DNA from: Octopus bimaculoides
Lineage: Eukaryota
Length of the DNA stretch: 39,326 nucleotides
Assembly: GCF_001194135.2 (NCBI RefSeq)
Contig: NC_068987.1
Span: 26,977,486 to 27,016,811, forward strand
Reading direction: 5' to 3'
The notes beneath the pieces are model-generated. The model was not told the DNA's origin and made no database searches. It saw only the letters and a list, made by a program, of their open reading frames with translations. The position numbers and the translations under genes were made by a program. Below, piece after piece: positions 10,865-22,180 of the stretch (the stretch's first letter is position 1; each line of letters begins with the position of its first letter).

Positions 10865-12597
10865 CTAATCTCGGGAACTGACAACTGAAATCTATCGGCG
10901 TAAATGGAATAAATAAATAAATAAATAAATAGTCAAATACTACACTGTCAGGTAAATTACATTTAGTTCTAACTTGGTCTCGTATCAGTTTATTGGATTC
11001 TTTTCGTGCGTAAACGCAAGACAAAGTTGACATATTTCTAGCGCACGCATCAAAACACATAGATATCTAGACCTCTTATAATAGATATGTTGGAAAAAGT
11101 AATTTCCATGTTGTATATTTAAACCACGTTACAGAATTCAATTGTATAAATTATGATAGAAAACTTCGGGAAATCTCGTTTGCATTTTGCTGGGCAGAAT
11201 TTATAGTATCTTCGAGACCCGGCCAGTTAACTAGCTCATTTTCACAATATTATATATGAACCTCGATTAAACAACTACATTTCTGTTAGTAGCACTTAAT
11301 ACTATCATTGTGGGATAAACAAAATGAATTACGTTTAAATTACTTCAGTATTTCTGTTTAACCCATTCAGCAGTCAGTTCAAATCCCGGCCTGACTGATT
11401 CTGTTTTCTCATGAATATTGTGTCGCTAAAATAAGTAACAGAAAGATAGCGATGTCGCTTAATTATCGAATATTATTTATACCATGAACATTTTTACATG
11501 TGTCTGGTAAATATATCGGAAATGAAACGTCAAACATAAGTCCGGATATCGACGATGTGCGGTAGACAGTTTCGATACCCAGTTGAAAGTAATTCGTTTA
11601 ATTTAAGCAGGAAATGACGTTGCGAAATATATGAAGGCAACATAATCTGATTAAATCCTTTCTAAATTAGCCTCATACTTCAATAACAATGGACATTTAT
11701 GTAGACCTAATTTGTGGCAAGCAATATTTTCTCAGTTGGAATTTCATTAATCTAAGTAGCTAACTAATTCTTTCAGTTAAAACATTGATATTTCACATAA
11801 CACATGCAATTGGAGAGACTACAATCGCACAACCTGCTAGAAAAACCAGTAATGACTCCCACAAATTTCCTTTTATCTTCTAGAAAATGGCCACTTTTGG
11901 ACAATGTTGTCCGTGGGGCAAACGAAAATATGGTCACCGCAGAAATACCTTTAATCATAGACATGTTCAATAGACCCGAGGTGGATTCAAACAAAAACAG
12001 GAGCCAGAACTAAATATACATAAATCATAAAAATACCAAAAACATATTATCCTTAAACCATCATTGAATATTACATAACATTTAAAAAGACTACTGCTCT
12101 GTTTCAATCTTTACTATATTAACGAAAGCAAAAATGTATGAAATAATAAGCATGTCGTAAATTCCAATGTGTCAGGATGCTTACCAGTAACAACCAATGC
12201 AAAGAAATACAAACTGCCGCTTTCTGACTACATGCACCTCGGCCGTTATTACTTTGACTATCACCAGAATCTACCGGTAAAAGATATTGACTGGAAAGTG
12301 GAAAGAGTAGATTATTCTTCAACTATCTCATTGTACAAGAATTTATCAATTTAAGTTGGAATGTATAGTAAACATATCTGCAAACGAGAAGCATGATTTA
12401 GCTAGGAAGATGGTGTTGTATGCTGTAACTTATTGCTTAGTTTTTGATCCACAGAAGCTGGCTTGGTTTTACATAATAATTCGATGTTTGCTATACAGCT
12501 CATAGGTCAGGGATTATTCAAGAAGTTGCAATCGTAGTAGAGAAAAGAGCCGGTTGATATCATTTCCTTAACCAAATGTTTGGTGGTAATTTTTTTT

Positions 12598-12725
12598 ATG
12601 TCCTGTGTTCAAATTCTAGCAAAGCCTTTCATCCTTTCGAAGTCGAGAAGAGAAAGTACTCGCCAAACACTTGGTTTGGTGAAATGGACAGCACCCTTCA
12701 CCCCACTCACAAGAGTTCATAATTG
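12598..12725 (+). mobile_element. Degenerate SINE family A fragment in + orientation
   Basis: tgtgttcaaattc (B box)...gcctttcatcctttcgaagtcga, the reverse complement of the family A core. Confidence 0.6.
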
Positions 12726-13327
12726 TATGTATAGGAAAAGGAATATTATTTCTATGACTTAAATATTATGTAATTCAGGAAATAATGAATGAAGAGAAAA
12801 GAAAACTAAGTTTAGGGGAAGGCATGCTGAATAATATACATGATTGAAAATGTATTATAAAATACATAATTACAGAGATATATATTCTTGGTTATATATG
12901 TTTTATTAATTGTTTTGAGTTTATAAATTACTTTATTCTAACAGGTAATCAGATCAAAAATGGCTGTTTTTGTTAATCTATTAGTAAAGAATCGTATAGT
13001 ATACATGTTGAATGAATAAATATATTGTATAATGTAATGGAATGAATATATAAATTTGTTAGTTGAGCAGGTTTAAGGAAGTATTATTGGTTGCATTTTA
13101 TGATGAAATGTGAATAGTTTGCACATATTTGATGTATAAATGTATCAATGTGATCCACTTTAGATAGAATTTATGCTTCTGAATTGTCTGATTATGGGTA
13201 AATACGAGAGACATGACTCATGTGATAGAGCACACGTCAGAATTTCCAGTTTCACTATAAAAGGTACCTTTAATCATAGATTAAAAGGTAAATTACTTAA
13301 TTTTATTCAAACCTTGCTTCAAATATT

Positions 13328-13500
13328 GGTTTCAAATTTTGGCATAAGGCCAGAAATGACAGGGGAGGGATAAGTCGATTACATTGTCCCCAGTACTCAA
13401 CGGGTACTTATTTTATCGATCCCGATAGGATGCAAGATAAAATCGACCTCGACGGAATAAGAACTATGAATGTAAAGATGGATGGAATATTGCTGAGAAC
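13328..13500 (-). mobile_element. SINE family A copy
   Basis: ggtttcaaattttggcataaggccag...gtcgattacattgtccccagtactcaacgggtacttattttatcga. Confidence 0.85.
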
Positions 13501-13883
13501 CTTGTTCAAATATTACTGCGTTAATGGAGAGTTTGCCCCTTGTCATGAATTTCCTGAAATAATTGCTGGTAGAAGTCTTTAATTAATATACAAAGTGTCA
13601 TTATGAATTTAAGTGGTATGCAACACACATATGATTCTGTGTTCGATAGCGCTCTGTAGCACACTGGACAAATGTATTCTATTATATTTAAGTGTTGGCT
13701 TATGAGGGAAGTTTGGGAAGCGGAAATTATGCAGAAATTCATTGTATGTATTATGCATATATGTATGAATTTACGCAGGTAATTTTCATAACACACACAT
13801 TTCTAATTCGACTTTCTGCTGTGCGTTTAGTAGATAAAAAAATATGAACAAGGTACATCCAGCCTTCTGTACCCACAGATCTT

Positions 13884-14088
13884 ATGAAATTGATAACAAA
13901 CAAATTACGTTGAGTCATTTTCTCGTATGAGTACAAACTGGTTACTCTGCCGCAGAAGCTCTTCGGAATATCAAGCGGGCCTTTGGTAATTGATTTGTTG
14001 AGATCAGAACTGTTCAAAATGGATACAAAGCTCTCGTTCAGGAGATGATAGCCTTCAAAATAAACCAAGGGATAGGCCAAAATTTTCA
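13884..14088 (+). mobile_element. Mariner transposase N-terminal (HTH) relic
   Basis: Frameshifted translation MKLITNKLR*VIFSYEYKL/GYSAAEALRNIKRAFGN*FVEIRTVQ../RSGDDSLQNKPRDRPKF matches the mariner pattern YEFKLGHSAAEA.RNI..AFG...RTVQ.WF..FRSGD.SL....R.GRP. Confidence 0.75.
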
Positions 14089-14990
14089 GTAAAGACATGC
14101 AACAAATCGTGAGAAAAAACTGATAACGTTCCTAGAAGCAAATGACGTTTTAAACAATATACGGGAAGGCTTCCGTCAAGGGAGAAGCTGCCTCACACGG
14201 CTGTTACGGTACTATAATTAAGTCTTAAAACAGCTGTATGACCATTCAGATGTCAGAATGGTATATCTTGATGTCGCAAAGTCCTTTGATAATTTGGATC
14301 TCTGAATGATATCTCAAGCTGTGAGCACTTGATATAGCTGGTAAACTGGAAGAACGCCTGCATGACTTCCTCAGAGATAGAAGTTAGGCAGTTGCAGCCA
14401 AAAGTGGCCACTCGGATGGAACATAAATACGGAATGGCGTCCCCATGGAACTGTCTTGGGGCCATTACTGGTTATAGTAGCTCTTTTAGACATGTACATA
14501 GTTACTCAGACAGCCACTGACACTAGCTACTACGATGATACAAAATAAAACACCTAATGATGCTGCAATTTTACAGTGGGACCTGAAAGATATAAACAAG
14601 TGGGACTTAAATGAGATAAATAAGGGAGGCCTAAGTGAGATAAACATGCAGTTTAAGTCTGGAAAATTTCCTGCACTTCACTATAACCTCACAAAGGCAG
14701 CACGACTAGCATATAGAAGATCTGAAGGCACTGTAATCCTAGAGCCACATACAGAGACTTGGGGTTCAGTATGTGTAATGATACATAATTTCATATGCAC
14801 AATAATAAGATGACAACAAACCGTAGACGACTGGTAAGATGGATACTACGGTCCTTCAAGAAAAGAGACCAAGAAATCATGTTGACACTGTGGAGGGTCT
14901 TTGGTTCTCACCCGTCTGGATTACTGCTCTTAGCAGTGGTCAAAGCATAACGCCAAACTAAGGGCGATGAACACATTCAAAATGGAGACG
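14089..14990 (+). mobile_element. 5'-truncated, degenerate CR1/L2-group LINE reverse transcriptase
   Basis: Motifs IVRKKLITFLE, GFRQGRSCLTRL, VYLDVAKSFD, GVP-GTVLGPLL, SYYDDTK (YADD equivalent) and WILRSF..R....MLTLW...RLDYCS, broken by stops and frameshifts. Confidence 0.88.
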
Positions 14991-16229
14991 AAGATTATTT
15001 CTCTATGTCATCGGTTTGAAAAAATTTTCAGATATTAAGATATTTTTCTTAACATGAAACAAATGGTAGCCTTAATACAGAAGTAAATAAATTTTATCCA
15101 CAAATGCGGAGTCCAGCACTCATTATAATTGTTCACCATTATATATATATATATATATATATAAGTGTGTGTGTGTGTGTGTTTGTGTGTGTGTTGTATG
15201 ATACAATAACTTGTGAACAAACAGCCATGGGTTCGAGTCTCATGGCTGGTTGTTTCCCGTTTTGTACGGATAATAAACCCAGTATTTCCGCCGTTCTGAC
15301 GGCAATTCTGCGTTCGAAACCAAAAATCATATCTGTATTGTACAATACGTATTTCGACGCTTCTAATAAATAAAAAAAAAAGATGTGTTTGCTTACATTT
15401 ATACACATATGGTCGATATATATAATATTATGGATCTGATTATAGAAAGGTTGCTGATAATCAGCACCAACATGCCAGAGACAAACGCCATATGGTGCTA
15501 AAAACCACATCTTGCACTCAAGGGTTAATTATAAATCGATTTCTAGCTTAGAGATATATAACCCATTTGCAATTTTTAGTATAATATATCTCTTAATACT
15601 TAAATGCAGATATTTATACATGCCCATACGAATAATACAAGTCCACACGTATATATAGATACATTCACACGTATATACGAGTCAAATCTAATTTATTCAG
15701 GTGTCTGCCACTTCTCTGTTTATATATTGTGAGTAGACGAATGACTGCCATCTCGAGATGGCCGGTATCCTGTAAAGGTGACGGATAAAGACCCAGAAAC
15801 CATGGTCTACTAGTCTTGCCAAGCTGGAGGGATGTGTTTGGCTCCCTTACTCACACAATATCAAACACAAGCTATGTGTCATTAAGCAGCTGCGAAAGAT
15901 GTTTTCCTGGGGTTAAAATGTAGTTACATCTTCCTGTATAGAACCGCCATGTTATAGTAGCAAAAATATTAGTATGTATATATNNNNNNNNNNNNNNNNN
16001 NNNNNNNNNNNNNNNNNNNNNNNNNNNNNNNNNNNNNNNNNNNNNNNNNNNNNNNNNNNNNNNNNNNNNNNNNNNNNNNNNNNNNNNNNNNNNNNNNNNN
16101 NNNNNNNNNNNNNNNNNNNNNNNNNNNNNNNNNNNNNNNNNNNNNNNNNNNNNNNNNNNNNNNNNNNNNNNNNNNNNNNNNNNNNNNNNNNNNATATATA
16201 TATATATATATATACATATATACATGCAT

Positions 16230-16260
<31 letters not shown>

Positions 16261-19200
16261 AACACACACACACAAATGAGTGAACGCGAATTCAGCAATT
16301 CTTATTTATTATCCACCTTTCATAGTCTATTTCCTCGAGAGGTGTGAATTTAAATGTCGTTCAAATTTTAACATACACCTAAGTTGCAAATGAAATCAAG
16401 CTGGACAGCTAGAAGCAGTTTTCATCTCACTTTTGTTAAGGATATTTTTGTGTCACTAATTAATAATTCATGAATCCCGAATACTGTTTTGTGTATCTGT
16501 ACAGCAAATATTTTGGCGCTTGCCGTTTTGGAGGGACAAATCTTTGAAGATTATCTTTTATCAGAGTGTTATATTCTCTGCTTACATGTTCCATGCTAAA
16601 AGTGCGAAATAGTATATATGTTCGTATATTCCTAGGTGTGTACAGCAATCGTTTTGGCATATCGGAACATTAATTAATTGACTTGTTGCTACATTTCTCA
16701 TGATTTACATTCATGGGGAATCATTTCTTCTGGCGAATTTCTTTCGGTCATCCTTTGAGAATGCCGTAAATAGATCAATACACTATTTTGCACCATTCGT
16801 ATGTATGGTATATTCCTTCATGTCGACCAAATACATGTTATCTTTTATGTAGATGCTTCTTTTCTGAGCTAGTTTTCTAATCACGTAGCCTTCAGATCTT
16901 CTCAACTAATAGAAGAGCAATTTAGATCAAGTATAAATGCCACCAGAGAGATTATCTCTTTCAAACATCAGGATTATGATCCAGGACAGAGCCAATTTGA
17001 TTATAGTTTTGATTATGATCTCTGTAGAAGTTGCAAGGCTTTCCAGGTTCCTCGAATTGGAAAGAAAATCGAACGTTTTCTTGTTATCCACAAGACTATA
17101 TCAATATCTTTCCTATTCCATCATACACCTGATATTAAAGTGTCATTGATAGTAGTATCGCAACATACCTGAAATTCCTACTTTCCCGACTGTCCGTTTA
17201 AATGTGATGATATTACTACAATCATCGCCATATGAGTACTCAATTTTTGGTATAACTGTTGTTATTGCATGTGCCATGCCTTTGGAATAGGTTTATGCAC
17301 ATCCAGAGCTTGCTGATGAATTTTAAAAGGATAACCCTGATAGCAGGTCGAAGTTACACTAGGAATGTATAAGGTTATCCTTATAGAAAGCTGTCCTGCG
17401 ATAAATAGACATAGAATACTCCTGTTGTTGAATGCATATATACACACATACATAGATATCCACAGAAATTGCCACTTTCCCATCAAATCTATTGCAAAAT
17501 GCAAACAACACTCTCAATATAATTTAACGGGACATATAGAACATTCCTGTGGGTTCAATGATGTCATAGGTGTATGAATGCGAACATTTTTTCTAAAACC
17601 AGAAAGAGAATATCTGTAGACAGATGTTCAGAAACCGGAATCTTCTCTGTCCTGATAATAAAATTACATTAATACAATACCTTATTCGTGCTTATGGCTA
17701 TATAATTAAATATTAATGACAATCCAGAAATGATTGGGTTTTAAGGTAAAGAACTTGATTTGCTGCCAGGCACTTTACAAATGTATTCTCAAAACGAAGT
17801 GGTATAATTTGTCAAACACAAGTCTAAAATTCAGATTTCTGTTGTTACTTATATTGTAGTGATGGATATTTGTAAGAACTCGAATAATTAGAGAAAGAAA
17901 CATAGATGTAAGCAAGCGTATAAGCATATAAACTCAGTTAGATCTATTTGCTGCTGCTAATGCGCTATCAATGAGCCTAACGTAAAATATTTGTAAGACA
18001 CTGTTCTTATCTGAAGATAAGGTATTTAGCAAGATACATACTTAGAGATACTTATGTTTATGTATCAACAGAGTTATATAACGAAGGGAATAGAAAGTGT
18101 GTGTAATCTACACTCAACTTAAAGAAATTTGGGTTTCTTAAAATGTTTGGAGACACAGAGATAGTAAAAAGCTCTCCACACAAAATGACAATTATATTTG
18201 CTCTAGATACTCTGTGGTGAAATGATGTAAATTCGGCATCAGAAGGGATTATAAATAAATAAATAATAATAAAAGTACTACACATAGTGAGAAAACTGAT
18301 CCTTAAAAAGTGTAGGTTTTCTGTGTGAAACATTAAAAAAATAAATAAAATACCTCTATACAATTTCAGTTAAGTTCAATGTTATTTTGCTTGAGTAAAT
18401 TCAATGGAATGGATTATAATATGACAAGAAGCAACACAGCTTCTACATATCTTATATATAAAAGACGGTTATTTGGTCTATTAATAATGTATATGTTTAT
18501 CAGTAAACAATTAGCGTTAAACTTTAAAGTAAACCGATTATTAACCAGATCAAATACAATCATTTATAATTGATTTATACAATCACTATTTTTCCTATTA
18601 GAACTGATTTCATACGTCTTTTACCTTTTATACTGATGTGATTGATGATATACGGAAGAAATATCAAACGCTATTTCATAACTGTCAGTTGACATTTATC
18701 TTCCAAGCTATCGCTACTTTTGTAGCATAAACTTCTTCCGCATGAGGTCATGGCTTCTGATAGTATTTCGAGTACGAAATCTTTCATCGAAAAATCATGA
18801 TTAATACAACCAACTGAAGAACTCTTGGACCAATTATAAAATATAATTATTTTTCTTTATACAATTTTGGTTACTATTGAATTCAATTTATTCAATTTAT
18901 TATATCCTCTATAAAATGAATATATACTTCTCAGAAATTTCAAAATTCTTTTATAACGCCGCTTTCATGTTTGTTTTTTTTTTTTATTAACAAAATAATG
19001 AAATGAAAAATATATCTTTGATAGATTAAGAAAAAATTTCTTCGAACTCTTTTCCCATATATCAGAATGAAAATAAATATTTATCTTTTATAATCATCCG
19101 AATGCTGTCTATAATTCAAGTGAAGACTATACGGAAAATAACTGATGGTATTGCCCTACAGGTGTATAGCTATACCAAAAGCCCAGTTTACATACAGCAA

Positions 19201-20468
19201 TAAGGAAGTAGAAGTAATATAAACTTTACATTCTTAATTGTGTAAATGGAAACACGGATTAAGTTCCATATAAATATAGTACTTTGTCTTGCCAATTGAC
19301 GTTGAAAACTATATCTTTTCATAGACGGACAAGTAAAAGTGATATTTCTTTGGTGAAAGCGGTTAAAAATAAATAGGTCTGTCTCTACTCTAAATCGAGT
19401 TTGTGTTTCAACTACAGGGAGATATTTTTCTTTTTTTAGCAGACAAAATTATATGTTTCGTTTTCTTACATATTCAACGGGAACATGTATATAAAATTCT
19501 TTACTGTAATGATTTTAGCATGTTATCATGATTTAGGTGCAAATATATTAATTAAGTAAACACATTGGTTATTAATATCTTTAAAAAGTCTTCTTGTATT
19601 TAAGAATCACAGCTATAAAAGTGTGATTACAATATGTATAACAATAATGAAAGCAACTAGGTTCATAAATGGCTTCTGAGTGAACTAATACGAGAGTTAT
19701 GAATAACAATTGTGTTGATTTGCTTTAAGGTATATGATATAACCATTACCTGCTGGAGAAATATCTGCAGCGTTAGATTAAAAGGTGTGATAGTTTTAGA
19801 AGAACATTGTGCCTTCAAAACACCATGCAATATAGATATATCGGAAGTTTAATCTCGAATATAGAAAAACATACAAAATCGCAGAATGTGTTAATTCTTT
19901 ATGAAAACCATCAAACTTGCTCCCAAAAATTTATCAAAGTTTCAACATAGAAATTAAATAAATCTCATGTGCTATTTGTTTCATTATAGTATTTTTGTTT
20001 AAAGCAAATTTACTAAATTTATATAATTTTTAGTATCTTTTTTTTTTATTACATCACTATCCTCATGTTCATTGGGTTTGAAGTTTTCTCAATATTTGTG
20101 AGGATGTTATAATAAGTACTAACATAAAAGACGAATACCATTACTACGGTTGCTGTTGACTCGTAGCATCTTTAGAGTATTACAGTAAACATCTTGAGAT
20201 ATATAATCAAGTCAGTGACATGGATGCGTCAATGAAGCGTTCACCTCAAAACTACAAAATTTCGGGTTCAAGTACTTTATGCTACACTCCAGGAAAATAT
20301 TTTCTACTGTAGCTTAGATGTGACCACAAAATTGTAAAGGAATTATGGCAAACAGAAAATATGGGGTATCCTATTGTTCGGATTGTACTTATTTTTGTGG
20401 TAGAGTTCACTTATCGTCCGGTTAGATAACATTGCCTTGTCATTGAATGCCTTTAGTGGCATCTTCCC

Positions 20469-20469
20469 G

Positions 20470-20523
<54 letters not shown>

Positions 20524-20536
20524 TCTCTCTCTCACT
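20469..20536. repeat. (CT)n microsatellite
   Basis: Directly visible. Confidence 0.95.
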
Positions 20537-21347
20537 CTTCCTATTGCAAGCGTCAAGGATAGCCCTGTAATGTGACAGTAATTTCATCCTTCTCCGTCAC
20601 ATCTTGTAGAGTCATGGCACTTACACCTTTTCCAGCGGTTATGTAATTAAAACATTTACAACCCTGAAGTTACAGTTCAAATTCTTTCGTGTTCGACTTC
20701 ATCTTTTTTCCTTTCTAGATGTCCAAAACTTGAATATCAGTCAAATAATGAGATTCATTAGATCTACTACATTCTCCGTTGAAATGTATGAAAATTAAGA
20801 AAAATCTAGTTTATAATTCAAAAGTGTAATTTCTGCTCAAGTTATAATGAATATATTAACAGGACTGTAAATATTTCACGGAATTAGTGGTAAACCTAGT
20901 AAGTTATTTCTGAAAACTTTGTCCAAAAAATCTGAAAGCGTAGGCTATGTTGAGTCAGTATGGAAAGACAGTCGCTCAATTGTTACTCATTGAAAAGTGA
21001 ATGAAATTGGAATACGATGATTACTTAATGCACTTTATATATACACTCTATATACTTTGTGCAGGATTTTATAGCACTCATAAAATAAATATTCAGTCTC
21101 ATTTTCCTATTTTTCTCATAAAGAAACACAATATCCTGTACCTATGCTACAACCTTTACTTAAATTGCATGCATCTGCCACGTAAATTGGCGTCAATATC
21201 TCACGGAATTGCATTTATGTGCATGCGTTAAAGGGTAGGTGATATAAAAAAACTTCAATTAAAAAAAGCATATACGATCACCACCACCTCCTCCATCTCC
21301 ACCACCATCACCACCATCATCATCTATCTCACGCCTACTCTCACCCA

Positions 21348-21525
21348 CTCTCTCTCCCTCCTCTCCCATCTTTCTTCCTCCTCTCTCCCTCCTCTCCCGT
21401 CTTTCTTCCTCCTCTCCCATCTTTCTTCCTCCTCTCCCATCTTTCTTCCTCCTCTCTCCCTCCTCTCCCATCTTGATTCCTCCTCTCTCCCTCCTCTCCC
21501 GTCTTTCTTCCTCCCCTCTCTCTCT
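21348..21525. repeat. Homopyrimidine minisatellite (11- and 18-nt subunits, e.g. ctctccctcct and ctcccatctttcttcctc)
   Basis: Directly visible recurring C/T units; they cause the GRGGRK/EEGERR ORFs. Confidence 0.9.
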
Positions 21526-21989
21526 CTGTGCCTTTCTTTAAACTCACCCCCAGAACATCACCTCTCTGCTAAAATTGTATTTTTAACGCTCCTCCTCAAC
21601 ATTCAATTAACTTTTTTAACCACGTAATAAATACTACGTTCTCCCTACCTCACGTCATGGACGCTTCACTCTCCCTGTTTTTCTCTCTTCCTCTTTCAGC
21701 TTCACTCTTCGCTTTATCCTCTTCTCCTCTCCCATTTTACTTTCTCCTTGAACTAATCACGTGAAAGCGTTAAAATAACATTTCTTGTACCTCATGTCAT
21801 GGACGCTTCTCTCTCCCATGTTTCTCTAATCACGTGAACGCGTTAACAACGGGCTAAGTAACGTAATGCCGAACAGAATTATTATAAGATGTTGCATGTA
21901 GCATCTATAACACCAGAATGAAATTTAAAGTTTTATCAAGCGATTGTAGAGAGAAACGAGCTGAGACCGTAAATCGCTAGCCTCTCTAC

Positions 21990-22180
21990 CAGTGGCTCCC
22001 AAGCTGGGGTCCGCTGATTATTGGTGCTCCACAAAGGTAGTACAGGGAGTTCGTGAAATAAATTCAAAGTTTCACACATAAACAAACACATATACACACA
22101 TAAGGATAAGCATATTAAAAGGGCTCCGTAGGAAAACTCGTTTAAATAAAAGATTTGGGAACCCCTGTTGGGAACCACTG
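21990..22180. mobile_element. hAT-type non-autonomous element (MITE)
   Basis: Left TIR CAGTGGCTCCCAA (21990-22002) matches the reverse complement of the right TIR TTGGGAACCACTG (22168-22180) at 12/13. This CAGTGG..CCCAA type is typical of hAT/Charlie elements. No 8-bp TSD is seen. Confidence 0.65.
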
